DNA of 64,000 bases, taken from contig JBMFRB010000005.1 of assembly GCA_049968255.1 (NCBI GenBank), forward strand, positions 37,822 through 101,821, in the 5' to 3' direction. The notes under the pieces were generated by a model. It searched no databases and was not told where the DNA came from. It was given only the letters and a program-made list of their open reading frames with translations. This DNA comes from Candidatus Sumerlaeaceae bacterium (GTDB taxonomy: Bacteria > Sumerlaeota > Sumerlaeia > Sumerlaeales > Sumerlaeaceae). The position numbers and the translations under genes were made by a program. How positions within the stretch are numbered: position 1 is the first letter of the stretch; every line of letters begins with the position of its first letter. This document shows positions 27,480 to 42,266 of this stretch, piece after piece.

Positions 27480-29468
27480 CTACTCCTTCTTTGCTTGAGA
27501 CTGTTCTGCTTCGAGCCAAGCCCGAAGTCTCGCTTCCGAGAGGGAGAGATTGGAGAAGGCCTGCTGTTCGCTGTAAGAAAGAATTCCAGCCACCTCTTCG
27601 AGTGTAGTTTCTCCGGTCACTGCTTTTAAGAAACCTGCCTCCCGCAGGGAGAGGTATTGCCCACTTCGCAGGGCAATACTGCGTAGTTCGGTTGCATTGA
27701 CATTCTGCAGAATTGCATTGCGAACTGTGGGGTCAAGCGCCAGAACCTCGAAAACACCAACCCGCCCCATGAAACCTACGCCGTTGCAAGCGGGACATCC
27801 TTTACCGTGAAAGAACTCCCAAGCGTCCATATCTGAATCGACAATTTTGAACAAATTAACAAGATTCCGCGACGGTTGATATGGTTGACGGCATTGCGGA
27901 CAGATCTTGCGCACAAGACGCTGCGATATCGAAGCCAGTCCCGTGCTCGAAAGCAAATAGGTGCGCAAGCCCACATCCATGAGGCGCATAATGGCGCCAA
28001 ACGCATCATCGGCATGGATTGTGGTAAAAACTTTGTGTCCGCTGAGTACAGCATGGACGGCCGCCTCGCCCGTTTCTTCATCGCTAATCTCACCGAGCAC
28101 GATCACATCTGGATCCTGGTGCATCATCGCGCGGATATGTTCACGCACGTTTCGCCCTTGCGTCCCCCGAAGCTGGCACTGCGCAATTCCCTCGATGCTA
28201 AACTCGACGGGCTCCTCGACTGTCACAATTTTCACGTCACCGCGGTTGAGATAATTGAGGCACGCATAGAGGGAGGTGGTTTTGCCCGAGCCAGTGGGAC
28301 CGGAGAACATGACGAAGCCAGCGGGCGAATCAAGGAACTTCTTAAACATTTCAAGAACTTTGGGGTTGAGGCCGAGATCGCTCAGGTCCTTGAGGCCGAT
28401 CTCGCGCGTGAGGGTGCGGATCGTAATCGAACAACCAAGCACGGTGGGGAACATCGAGACACGCAAATCAAAGTTGGTATTGTCGAGAGTCACATAAAAG
28501 TGGCCGTCGAACATGTTGCTCGTATCGCTGATGTCCATGCCAGCCAGCACCTTGATTCGCCGAACGATACGCTCGCCAAGGTGCGCCGGCAAATCGGTTT
28601 GGAAGCTGAGTTTGCCGTCAATGCGGTAGCGCACGCGAATCTTGTTGTAGAGCGACTCAATGTGAATGTCGCTGGCGCGCTGTCGGATAGCACTAGAAAT
28701 GATGTAGTCGACAATGTTCACCACCTGGCTCTCGCTGCTGGATGGTGGTTGGAGTGTTGTTTCAGCCAGCGTATAGCGGCGGAAACCGCTGGGGGAAAGC
28801 TCTTCGGTGACTGTGTCGTGCGGAGTGAAAAGATACTGCTCTTGAAGGATTTCGCGCAGGACGCGCCGAATCAGAGATTTGGGCGCAATCGCAAGATCGA
28901 ATTTACCGCCTGTGATTTGCTCGATTTTTTGGACTGCGGCCCGATCCTCAGGATTGTGGATGAGCACCGTTACTACATCGCCATCGCGAAAAAGGGGCAA
29001 AATTGTGTGTTCGCGCAAGACGGTTTCCGGAAACATTTGAAATACTGTCCGATCAACGAGGCGCCGATTGGGAATGATGTAGGGATAATCGAGTTGCCGG
29101 CTGAGCGCCTGCGCCAGTTGTTCTTCAGTAAGCCATCCTTTGGATATGAGAATTTCGCCAATAGGCTGACGACGCATCTGCTGCTCGCGTAGGGCTTCCT
29201 CAAGCTGCTCCTCGGAGACGAGCCCTGACTCGATAAGAATTTGCCCAACAGGAACACGAAGGTTGTACTTGCGCGCGATCTCACGGAGCTGGCGCTTTGT
29301 GATGTAGCCGAGGTCTACCAGGATTTCTCCAAGCCGGCGTTTCTCCAAACCTTCCTGCTGAAGCTGCAGCGCATAGCGCAGTTGGTTCTCGGTGATGAGA
29401 CCCTCCTGGAGAAGCACTTTTCCTAGCGCTTGCGCTTGTTGATCTGCTGTACGTCGGTCCAGAGCCAT
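27480..29468 (-). CDS. GspE/PilB-family secretion ATPase with tandem MshEN motifs
   Basis: RLGEILVDLGYI-type repeats; ASDIHIE; Walker A GPTGSGKTT; QDPDVIVLGEI; GH...TIH; CPQC...CPAC; GRVGVFE. Confidence 0.9.
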   Translation of the reverse strand: MALDRRTADQQAQALGKVLLQEGLITENQLRYALQLQQEGLEKRRLGEILVDLGYITKRQLREIARKYNLRVPVGQILIESGLVSEEQLEEALREQQMRRQPIGEILISKGWLTEEQLAQALSRQLDYPYIIPNRRLVDRTVFQMFPETVLREHTILPLFRDGDVVTVLIHNPEDRAAVQKIEQITGGKFDLAIAPKSLIRRVLREILQEQYLFTPHDTVTEELSPSGFRRYTLAETTLQPPSSSESQVVNIVDYIISSAIRQRASDIHIESLYNKIRVRYRIDGKLSFQTDLPAHLGERIVRRIKVLAGMDISDTSNMFDGHFYVTLDNTNFDLRVSMFPTVLGCSITIRTLTREIGLKDLSDLGLNPKVLEMFKKFLDSPAGFVMFSGPTGSGKTTSLYACLNYLNRGDVKIVTVEEPVEFSIEGIAQCQLRGTQGRNVREHIRAMMHQDPDVIVLGEISDEETGEAAVHAVLSGHKVFTTIHADDAFGAIMRLMDVGLRTYLLSSTGLASISQRLVRKICPQCRQPYQPSRNLVNLFKIVDSDMDAWEFFHGKGCPACNGVGFMGRVGVFEVLALDPTVRNAILQNVNATELRSIALRSGQYLSLREAGFLKAVTGETTLEEVAGILSYSEQQAFSNLSLSEARLRAWLEAEQSQAKKE

Positions 29469-29608
29469 CGTCTCCGTTTTCCTCAGGACGAAATTCTTTC
29501 TCCACACCGACCAAACACAGACGTCGGTGCCATTGCTTGATTTTTTATGATAGAGCTAATGACCTGGCAAGTCAGAAGGCAGGCAGGGAACATGGCTCGT
29601 CGCCACGT

Positions 29609-34107
<4,499 letters not shown>

Positions 34108-34267
34108 CGGTCTACCCCTCCCGCGCTACAAAGGTCGGCTTTGGTAGCGCTGACTATACTCTCTTTTATACCTGTCGAAATCTGTCTCTCATCCCCTGGG
34201 CAAAGTAAACAGAAAAAGAACTGATAGCAAGAAATAGTCAGCGGCATGAAAGAATCGAAGGCACCCT

Positions 34268-35251
34268 CTAATTTGCTCTCTCGGGTAGAGATTCGGCCAC
34301 CGGCGGTGCCAAACCAAGGCTCAAAAGAGCTTGCTGTGTTAAAGGCTGTGGGGGCAAGTGGAGAAATTCTTCCCGATTCAGGTCCTGTGGTGGGGAAATT
34401 TTAGTGTCCGCGGAGAGAAAAGGCTCAACCTCGCCCGGCGTCGCCCGTTCAAGTGCAAGTGTGCCAAGAATCTGTTGACGCACGAGGCGACCTGCTGCGT
34501 CGATCCACCCCAGAGAAGACACGTCGCCCCATCGTGTGGTGACGCGATAGGCTAGTTGCTTCTGCCCACGGACGACAATTTCCTCCGCATCTCCAATCTG
34601 CAAATCCACACGTCCTAGCCGAAGATTCCACAGTGGGTCCACAGCGAGCAGGGAAAACTTTTTGCCAGGCACGATCACGTCGGAACGAAGTAAGACCGAG
34701 CGGAAGGCATCGGCCAGGACGATAGGCTTGTCGAGCCGAAAGCGTCCACGCTGAACGTTGGTGCCGGTGCGAACCTCGATGAAGAAATCGGGGAACTCGA
34801 CCTTGCCAGCGAGCGAGAATTTGGCCGTCGGTAGAGTGCCAGTCACCCAGAAGCTGTCGAGGGCCAAACGCTCATCCAAGCGAGCAGCCAATGCAACCCA
34901 AAAGGCGACAACGCCAGCGGGCCCCAATCTCGCCGCAGTTATGGCCTCGAGCTGATAGGAGGGCGGTGTAGTAAGCTGGCGAGTCATTGTGGTCACGAGG
35001 GCGCCAACAGGATTGCCGCCCATGGTCAGCAGAGCGTACTCGCTCGTGTCATGCCATTTGGCGGCAATGGCCTGCAGATCGAGAAGATTCGGTTCGTCAC
35101 CGGAGGTATAGTTTCCTTCGCGTCGCCACAGCAGGAGCATCATCACGAGCCAAAAAGCTATGACGAAAACGCCGCCGAACGGCCAACTTCGGCGACTCGT
35201 TTGCGCCGCTTGAGTTTGGTGCGGTCTAATTTTTTCGTGCAATGTTGACAC
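34268..35251 (-). CDS. Hypothetical membrane-anchored exported beta-rich protein
   Basis: GTG 35251 after SD AAAGGA; N-terminal TM VFVIAFWLVMMLLLW; start uncertain. Confidence 0.65.
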   Translation of the reverse strand: MSTLHEKIRPHQTQAAQTSRRSWPFGGVFVIAFWLVMMLLLWRREGNYTSGDEPNLLDLQAIAAKWHDTSEYALLTMGGNPVGALVTTMTRQLTTPPSYQLEAITAARLGPAGVVAFWVALAARLDERLALDSFWVTGTLPTAKFSLAGKVEFPDFFIEVRTGTNVQRGRFRLDKPIVLADAFRSVLLRSDVIVPGKKFSLLAVDPLWNLRLGRVDLQIGDAEEIVVRGQKQLAYRVTTRWGDVSSLGWIDAAGRLVRQQILGTLALERATPGEVEPFLSADTKISPPQDLNREEFLHLPPQPLTQQALLSLGLAPPVAESLPERAN

Positions 35252-35309
35252 GCTCGCCAATCCTTTGCTTGCATTTTCTTTTTCGTGTTCCCCTACTGTC
35301 AGCAAGAAG

Positions 35310-35933
35310 ATGGCCGCGTCGAAACAAGAGCTGCGTCTGCGCTTTAAAGAACTTCGGGCGTCGCTGTCGCCGCAAGAATGCAAAGCGCTGAGTGCAGAAA
35401 TTCTCGATCGAATCCGCAAACTTTCCGCTCTTCAGGCAGCCAGTTGCATCTTCAGTTACATTGCTTTTGGGCGCGAAGCCGACACGCGGCCACTCTTGGC
35501 GGAGCTCCTTGCGGCGGGCAAACTTGTTGTGGCACCGGGAAAGGACCGGCGCCTCGACATCACGCGTTGTTTTCATTTTCTGCGCGAGAACGACCCACTG
35601 CTCTTGGCCGAGAAACCAGAAATAGAAACTCCGGACACATGCGATTTACTGGATTTGAGAGATGTGGACATTTTCCTCGTGCCCGGCATTGTATGGGATG
35701 AATCGGGTTATCGCATTGGCTTCGGGGGTGGATATTTTGATAAAATCTTATCGAAGAGGCGGCCTGATTCCTTGGCGATTGGCCTGGCTTACGACTTCCA
35801 AGTGCTCCCTTCTTTGCATCCTGATCCGTGGGACCAGCCAGTAGACTTGCTCATCACGGAGAAACGTGAAATTTCAACCCGCGAGCATCGGCAAAACATT
35901 AAGCAAGATGACGACGTCATCCGTCTCGATTAA
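35310..35933 (+). CDS. 5-formyltetrahydrofolate cyclo-ligase
   Basis: KQELR, EADT, FLVPGIVWD..GYRIGFGGGYFDK, GLAYDFQ, D.WDQPVD.LITE. Confidence 0.92.
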   Translation: MAASKQELRLRFKELRASLSPQECKALSAEILDRIRKLSALQAASCIFSYIAFGREADTRPLLAELLAAGKLVVAPGKDRRLDITRCFHFLRENDPLLLAEKPEIETPDTCDLLDLRDVDIFLVPGIVWDESGYRIGFGGGYFDKILSKRRPDSLAIGLAYDFQVLPSLHPDPWDQPVDLLITEKREISTREHRQNIKQDDDVIRLD

Positions 35934-36042
35934 TGATGGATGTTTTCAGCTTTTGACGAACGCAAAAAATGCCTGCAGAAGTGCTTTCTGCCAGAAGAAC
36001 AGCTTTTCATGAATTTGATGGAGAAGTCGCACGGTGAGGTCG

Positions 36043-37299
36043 ATGCGCAAAGGGGTACTTTCGTGGATTTCTTTTTGCATGGCCATACTATTTGCCAACA
36101 GCCACCTAAGCGGAGGACAGTTGGAGCAGGAAATGACCGTGGAACAAGCAAGCGCCCTTATGGAAGAACAAGTTCAAGAACTGCTGAAATTTGTGAGGGG
36201 CAAACACGTGGGACTCATCACAAATCCCACGGGTGTAGACGGACGTTTGCGTATGATTGCGGATCGGCTCCGGGAGGATCCCAATACAACTGTTGTCGCC
36301 TTTTTCGCACCAGAGCATGGTCTGCGTGGCAACGCGCAGGCAGGCCAAAAAATCGCTGATCAACTCGATCCTGCGACGAGTATCCCCGTGTTTTCGCTTT
36401 ATGGCCAACGGCCTGCACCGAGCGAAGAAGCTCTGCGCGGGATCGATGTGTTGGTTTTCGACATCCAGGACGTTGGGGCGCGATTTTACACCTTTGGCTG
36501 GACTATGACCTACATAATGGAGGCGGCGGCGCAGAAAGGGATTCCTTTCGTCGTGTTTGACCGGCCGAATCCAATAGGCGGGCATCGCGTTGAGGGCGCA
36601 CCCAACACCTTTGACTGTGGCCTCATCGGACGCCTTCTGAGCACGCAATCCCAAGGTGTTGCCACGCGCCACGGCTTGACGCTCGGCGAGCTGGCACGCT
36701 ACGTCAACGGCGAGTGGTACGCAAACAGAGTTGATTTGCGTGTGATCGAGATTCGTGGTTGGCGCCGGAGCATGTACTTTGACGAGACGGGGCGGCCGTG
36801 GGTGCCGCCGTCGCCCAATATGCCGACGCTCGACACAGCGCTCGTTTATCCGGGCATGTGCCTGTTCGAAGGAACAAACCTTAGTGAGGGACGCGGAACT
36901 ACGCGGCCTTTTGAGATAATTGGTGCTCCGTTCATCCATCCGCTGGTGTTAGTGGCAGCGCTCGAGAAGAAAAACCTGCCAGGGGTGATCTTTCGGCCGA
37001 CATACTTCACGCCAAGCTTCTCCAAATGGCAGGGGCAGGTGTGTGCTGGAATTCAGGTTCACGTCACTGACCGCGAGGCATTCCAGCCGATTCACTCCGC
37101 ACTCATTCTACTGAAAACAATCATCGAGCTATACCCGACGCAGGTGGAAGTGACGCCTTTTGCTTCAAAGCTTATGGGCATGCCCGATTTTCACAAACGT
37201 ATCCTTACGGAGAGTGTGGACTCCATCGAGGCCAGCTGGCAGGAGAATCTGGAAAAGTACAAGAAGATACGCGAGAAGTACTTGCTCTACAAGCCCTAG
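36043..37299 (+). CDS. DUF1343 / NamZ-like exo-beta-N-acetylmuramidase (exported)
   Basis: VGLITNPTG, FAPEHGLRG, SLYG, FDIQDVGARFYT, DRPNP, RHGLTLGELA, PSPNMP, SEGRGTTRPFE. Confidence 0.92.
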   Translation: MRKGVLSWISFCMAILFANSHLSGGQLEQEMTVEQASALMEEQVQELLKFVRGKHVGLITNPTGVDGRLRMIADRLREDPNTTVVAFFAPEHGLRGNAQAGQKIADQLDPATSIPVFSLYGQRPAPSEEALRGIDVLVFDIQDVGARFYTFGWTMTYIMEAAAQKGIPFVVFDRPNPIGGHRVEGAPNTFDCGLIGRLLSTQSQGVATRHGLTLGELARYVNGEWYANRVDLRVIEIRGWRRSMYFDETGRPWVPPSPNMPTLDTALVYPGMCLFEGTNLSEGRGTTRPFEIIGAPFIHPLVLVAALEKKNLPGVIFRPTYFTPSFSKWQGQVCAGIQVHVTDREAFQPIHSALILLKTIIELYPTQVEVTPFASKLMGMPDFHKRILTESVDSIEASWQENLEKYKKIREKYLLYKP

Positions 37300-38708
37300 G
37301 TTCTGTTGCCTGGAGAGGGAGGACGTGATTCGGATGTCGTTGGAGGCTTCCGCTCTGCGCGTTTTTCGAGGCGTTTCTTCCCCCACCAGGCCATACGTTT
37401 GGCAATCTCTCGCTCGAATCCAAAAGCGCCAGGCTCATAGAAACAGCGGTTTTTGACCTCGGGCGGCAGAAATTCTTGCGCCGCGAAATGCTCAGGGGTG
37501 TCGTGGTCATAGACGTAGTCGTTGCCATAGCCGAGCTCGCGCATGAGCTTGGTGGGAGCGTTGCGCAAATGCAGCGGCACCGGCAACGAACCGCTCTCCT
37601 CGATTTCCTTTTGAAGGCGCGCTTGCGCGACGTAAAGAGCATTGCTCTTGGGCGCCGTCGCCAAATAGACGACACACTGGAGCAATGCGAGCTCCCCTTC
37701 GGGAGAGCCGAGAACTTCGTAAGCTTCGCGAGCCGCCAGCGCAATGACAAGTGCCTGAGGATCGGCATTGCCGATATCCTCTGACGCAAACCGGATCATT
37801 CGGCGCGCCAAATAAAGCGGATCCTCACCGCTGGCGATCATGCGTTGCGCCCAGTACAGCGCGGCTTGTGGGTCGCTGCCACGCATCGCTTTATGGAGCG
37901 CGCTGATAAGGTTGTAGTGTTCTTCGCCTTCTTTGTCGTAGAGGAGGTGTTTTCGGCGCAATGCTTGCGCCAGTGTGTCGGCCGTAAGACTTCGTTTGCC
38001 GCTCGGATCGGCAAGCGCAATTTCCACGCAGAGTTCGAGAAGATTAAGCGCGCGGCGAGCATCACCGTCAGAGAGTTGAGCAATTTTCTCCAGCACTTCG
38101 CCGGGGACTTCGATGTTCAATTTGCCAAGTCCGCGTTCGGCATCTTTGAGTGCGCGCTGGAGAAGTGCGCCCACGTGCGCTTCTCCAAGGCGCTTGAGCA
38201 CGATGACCTCGCAGCGGCTTAGTAGCGGCGCGATCACAGAGAAGGAGGGATTCTCGGTTGTGGCACCAATGAGGATAATTGAGCCATCTTCCACAAAGGG
38301 TAGAAATGCGTCCTGCTGCGCCTTGTTAAATCGGTGGATCTCATCGATGAAAAGAAGTGTGCGCCGGCCGTAGCGGTTGCGGTTGATGCGCGCGCGTTCC
38401 ATGACCTCACGCACATCCCTGATGGAGGCCGTCACGGCGCTCAGCGAAACAAACTCGCAGTCGGTAAGTTTTGCCAGAATCAGAGCGAGTGTGGTTTTTC
38501 CGCAACCAGGCGGCCCCCAGAAGATCATCGAGCGAAGCTTGCCCTGGGTCAGCAGATGCCGCAGCGGCGAATCGGGACCGAGAATCTCTTCCTGACCGAC
38601 AAACTCGTCAAGCGTGCGCGGACGCATGCGATCTGCCAGCGGCCGAGGTGGCCGCGGCGTATCTGCTTTTTGCTGCGAATCGCCGAAGAGATCTGTCTCG
38701 TCCATCAT
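37296..38708 (-). CDS. rarA: Replication-associated recombination protein A (RarA/MgsA)
   Basis: PLADRMRP, WGPPGCGKTT, FIDEIHRFNKAQQD, GATTENPSF, HYNLISALHK, ASEDIG, APKSN. Confidence 0.96.
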   Translation of the reverse strand: MMDETDLFGDSQQKADTPRPPRPLADRMRPRTLDEFVGQEEILGPDSPLRHLLTQGKLRSMIFWGPPGCGKTTLALILAKLTDCEFVSLSAVTASIRDVREVMERARINRNRYGRRTLLFIDEIHRFNKAQQDAFLPFVEDGSIILIGATTENPSFSVIAPLLSRCEVIVLKRLGEAHVGALLQRALKDAERGLGKLNIEVPGEVLEKIAQLSDGDARRALNLLELCVEIALADPSGKRSLTADTLAQALRRKHLLYDKEGEEHYNLISALHKAMRGSDPQAALYWAQRMIASGEDPLYLARRMIRFASEDIGNADPQALVIALAAREAYEVLGSPEGELALLQCVVYLATAPKSNALYVAQARLQKEIEESGSLPVPLHLRNAPTKLMRELGYGNDYVYDHDTPEHFAAQEFLPPEVKNRCFYEPGAFGFEREIAKRMAWWGKKRLEKRAERKPPTTSESRPPSPGNRT

Positions 38709-38790
38709 CGTCCTTATCGAAACATAACTCTAGGAGAGCTTCGACCGGCGAACAAATGAATTCTGAGCTCCATTGTTTACCGTAAAGCCT

Positions 38791-39879
38791 ATGTTTGTTG
38801 ATCATGCCAAAATTTTTCTTGAGGCCGGCGACGGCGGCGATGGCTGCGTGAGCTTCCGCCGCGAAAAGTATGTGCCTTTTGGCGGACCAGATGGGGGCGA
38901 CGGAGGCCGGGGAGGCCACATTTATCTCGTGGCTGACCCCCACATGACCACGCTGCTGGACTTCAAGTATAAGCCCCATCACAAGGCTCAGCGTGGGCAA
39001 CATGGGTCAGGAAGCAACTGCTCGGGGCGCGACGGCGAAGACCTTTATTTGCGTGTGCCGCTTGGCACTGTGGTCTGCGATGAGCAGGGCAACGTGCTAA
39101 CGGAGCTGCTCGTTCCCGGCCAGACGTATCTCGCTGCACGCGGCGGCCGTGGCGGCCGTGGAAACCAGCATTTCGCCACGCCAACGAACAAGGCGCCTCG
39201 CAAATTTGAATATGGCGAAGAGGGCGAGAAACGAACTCTCATCCTCGAACTCAAAATCATCGCTGATGTGGGAATCGTTGGACTTCCAAATGCCGGTAAG
39301 TCGACGCTGCTTGCAGCCGTAACTGCTGCGAATCCGAAGATCGCACCCTACCCCTTCACGACGGTGCACCCGAATCTCGGTGTGATGGAGCTTGACGCGG
39401 CGACACGCTGCACGTTAGCCGATATCCCTGGACTCATCGAAGGAGCACATCGTGGTACCGGCTTGGGTTTGCGCTTTCTGCGCCACATCGAGCGCACGAA
39501 GATTCTCGTCCATCTCGTGGCCCCACCCGATCATGGGCAGGTGGATGACTTCGAGCATTATCACTATGCCTGGCACCTCGTGAACCAGGAACTTGCTGCT
39601 TATTCCCCAGCACTAGCGCGCAAACCGCAAATTGTGTGCATAACGAAAGTTGACCTGTTGCCGCCCGAAGTTGTTCAGAATATTGTGGAAGGATTCAGCA
39701 AGCGCGAGGGAATGGACGTGCTGCCGATCAGCGCGCAGGCGGGCGCAGGGCTCAACGCGCTACGCGAACGAATCCGAGAAAAACTGCATGAATTTGCTCA
39801 GGCCGAAGAGACTCAAACACTACCCTCGAACATCGAGAATTCGGGCGTGGGGCTGCCCGACGGATCAGGCCCCGAATAG
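38791..39879 (+). CDS. obgE: GTPase ObgE/CgtA
   Basis: GDGGDGCVSFRREKYVP, GGPDGGDGG, GLPNAGKST, YPFTT, DIPGLIEGA, TKVD. Confidence 0.96.
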   Translation: MFVDHAKIFLEAGDGGDGCVSFRREKYVPFGGPDGGDGGRGGHIYLVADPHMTTLLDFKYKPHHKAQRGQHGSGSNCSGRDGEDLYLRVPLGTVVCDEQGNVLTELLVPGQTYLAARGGRGGRGNQHFATPTNKAPRKFEYGEEGEKRTLILELKIIADVGIVGLPNAGKSTLLAAVTAANPKIAPYPFTTVHPNLGVMELDAATRCTLADIPGLIEGAHRGTGLGLRFLRHIERTKILVHLVAPPDHGQVDDFEHYHYAWHLVNQELAAYSPALARKPQIVCITKVDLLPPEVVQNIVEGFSKREGMDVLPISAQAGAGLNALRERIREKLHEFAQAEETQTLPSNIENSGVGLPDGSGPE

Positions 39880-39940
39880 TAGAACACGTTTGATCTTCGC
39901 GGTTGACGTTTTCCCATTCTGGCCATCACTAACAAAGCGC

Positions 39941-41140
39941 ATGCGTGTACCGACTGGCGGACTCACATTTTTCGCGAGCATTGGCCTATGTGCGCTCGTA
40001 ATGAGTGGAGAAGGGAAAGTGTCCGTGGATTTGCCTGAAACGCTAGAGCAGCGGCTTTCTCATGCCAAGCCCGGCGACATCGTCGATGTTGCCCCTTTTT
40101 CGCTCGATCGCGTGACAACTCAAAGCTACGAAAAGCGCGGAGGGGGACCGCCGATGGTGTTTTCCGACGATCCCGAATATTTCCGCGTGCCGGAGGGAGC
40201 TGGTGTCCGCGAGCAGGTTGGCCCCGGTGGGGTGCGACTTTATGTTTATCATGTGAATGCCACAACAGATAGTGCTAAACGCATTTCGAGCGTGATCGAA
40301 AACCTTGGTAGCGGCCCGCTGACCGTGCGTTTCCGGCGTTATGCATCCACCGGCCCAAGCACGGATTATTACAAGGTCGGCAAGCAAGGGCTTGTGGAAT
40401 ACTTTTCGGGGAAAGTTCCTTCGCAGACGTTGGTTATTCCGCCTGGCCAGGCAGCACCGCTCGATCCACGGATGGACAGCGCCGCAGTGAAATTCGACGA
40501 GCTTATTCACGGGTTTTACGACTTCGAGATAGACCAGCCGGCCCGCATCACGACCTTGCAAACGACGTTGGACACGCCAGCGGTTGAGGCAAACGCTCGT
40601 ATCAAGGAAGTTCTGCCGCCGCGAAAAGGTTCAGGGGCAGGACGCGGTCTTTATCAGACGACCGAATTTGATGTGAGCCTGCCAGGCGGGCAAATCTATG
40701 ATACGGCGGAGGGTCTCCGGCAGATAGTTTTGGCTGATGGCAAAACTGATCCTTGGATCAAAGGATGGGATAGCAGCCGGCAGACATCGGTGACCTTGGC
40801 TGGCAATTACGGCGTGCTCTATCACGTGCGGTTCGAGTATACTTCAAGTGATGGCCGTGCCCTCGTGTTGGGTTTGTGGTATCCGCCTTCTGGCAGACAA
40901 TGGTGCGAGGCCTGCGCACTGGCTGTGGTAGTCAACGACGGGCGTTTCAAGGGCGGGATTGTTCCCTTGCCGCGCACGAGCACCATATTCAAAGGGCGAT
41001 CCAGCGTGGCGGTAATCCAAGTTTACCCACCGCAACCGGCCAGCAAGAAAGGAGTGATCGAACTCACTTATTCCCCGCCTGGCGCTTCGTGTCTCCCCAC
41101 GCCATTGCTCCTAATCCCGGTACGATTGGGAGAACCCTAA
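39941..41140 (+). CDS. Exported hypothetical protein resembling DUF3370-like domains often auto-annotated as 'copper amine oxidase'
   Basis: Hydrophobic N-terminus; FSDDPE, YHVN, GRG, GNYGVLY motifs; family assignment from recall only. Confidence 0.55.
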   Translation: MRVPTGGLTFFASIGLCALVMSGEGKVSVDLPETLEQRLSHAKPGDIVDVAPFSLDRVTTQSYEKRGGGPPMVFSDDPEYFRVPEGAGVREQVGPGGVRLYVYHVNATTDSAKRISSVIENLGSGPLTVRFRRYASTGPSTDYYKVGKQGLVEYFSGKVPSQTLVIPPGQAAPLDPRMDSAAVKFDELIHGFYDFEIDQPARITTLQTTLDTPAVEANARIKEVLPPRKGSGAGRGLYQTTEFDVSLPGGQIYDTAEGLRQIVLADGKTDPWIKGWDSSRQTSVTLAGNYGVLYHVRFEYTSSDGRALVLGLWYPPSGRQWCEACALAVVVNDGRFKGGIVPLPRTSTIFKGRSSVAVIQVYPPQPASKKGVIELTYSPPGASCLPTPLLLIPVRLGEP

Positions 41141-41141
41141 G

Positions 41142-42236
41142 ATGCGTTGCGGCAAAGCTAGGCTCGGCGGGGTATGGATGACCATGCTGGTCGGCTTATC
41201 CTGCAGCCTGGCAACGGGCGCCCGCACTTATGATTGCGTCATCGCCAAACTCAATGAAGAGGTTATTCTGGCGAGCGATTTAGCCGATGTGCTGCGCGAG
41301 CGCCAAGGGCTGGCACACGTGAGCGACCCCGTGGCCGCGGCAGATATGCACGCGGTGAAAATTCTGCTGGATCGCAAACTCCTGCTCAATGTGGCTCGTC
41401 GTAGCAATGTCGAGGTGCCGGAAGCAGAGATTCAGGAGCAGGTGGAAGCGATGGTAGCTGAGGCACGAGCACGCTATCCTTCCAGCGCAGAATTTACTCG
41501 GGACGTGGCAGAAGAGTACGGCTCGCTGGAAAAATTCAAGCTAGAGCTGGCTCGCCGCGCCAAGGACGACTACCGCATCGCCCGTGCAGTGGCGAGCCGT
41601 TTCACGATCACCGACGCGGAGGTGGCTAAGTTCGAGCAAGAATGTCGCAACGACGGGATGCGGCCGGAAAGCTTTCGGTTACGACGCATTGGAGTGGCCA
41701 TTGATTCTGAAACGAGCAGGGGAGGCGAGAAAGCGCTGGCACGCGTGGCAGCTCTTCTGCGAGCGGGTACGCAAGCCCGCCTGAGTTTCGCAGAAACGGC
41801 TAAGCGCTATTCCGAAATTCCGGGCGAAGCAGCGATGGGCGGCGATCTTGGCTACATTTCCGCTGAAAAGTTGGCGCCGGAAGTTCTCAAGGCAGTCGAG
41901 AAACTTGAGCCGGGGCAGGTCACACCGCCACTCGTGACGGGACACTACGCGTGCATATTCTATGTAGAGGCGAAACGCGGTGCTCGCTCGGCACTTTACG
42001 AAAAGCGATTTTTGGAAACGCGTGACGCGCTTTTAGGCGAGTCTCGGCGCAAAGCGTCGCTAATTTTGTTCGATCAGCGCCTTGCCTCAAAAGTCCCTGC
42101 GGAGTACAAGGATAGCCTTCGGCAGAGCGTCCTTGGCTCGACAAAGAGCGCCGCTCCCCCCACATCAACCAGCGCTCCTACAACAGTGCCGGGCGAGAAG
42201 CACCGGCGGAGCCTATTTAGAATCTTTTCTCACTGA
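41142..42236 (+). CDS. SurA-like periplasmic chaperone/parvulin PPIase
   Basis: Signal peptide; VIAKLNEEVILASDL SurA N-domain; FAETAKRYSE, GGDLGYI, LEPGQVTPP; immediately upstream of pdxA. Confidence 0.82.
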   Translation: MRCGKARLGGVWMTMLVGLSCSLATGARTYDCVIAKLNEEVILASDLADVLRERQGLAHVSDPVAAADMHAVKILLDRKLLLNVARRSNVEVPEAEIQEQVEAMVAEARARYPSSAEFTRDVAEEYGSLEKFKLELARRAKDDYRIARAVASRFTITDAEVAKFEQECRNDGMRPESFRLRRIGVAIDSETSRGGEKALARVAALLRAGTQARLSFAETAKRYSEIPGEAAMGGDLGYISAEKLAPEVLKAVEKLEPGQVTPPLVTGHYACIFYVEAKRGARSALYEKRFLETRDALLGESRRKASLILFDQRLASKVPAEYKDSLRQSVLGSTKSAAPPTSTSAPTTVPGEKHRRSLFRIFSH

Positions 42237-42266
42237 AAGCTCTAGAGTCGGCGGAGATATAGGAAC

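Noticed and set aside
27876-29192. Long antisense or alternate-frame ORFs (also 53579-54535, 53452-54582, 60652-61740, 59409-60407, 17165-18166, 8867-9667)
   Set aside because: They lie opposite or within well-supported genes and have no motifs; typical shadow ORFs of GC-rich coding DNA
39650-39940. N-terminal extensions in the ORF track (also 23410-23574, 35252-35419, 31757-31885, 22510-22647, 14561-14701)
   Set aside because: They overlap neighbouring genes or promoter regions; downstream starts fit SD signals or family N-termini better
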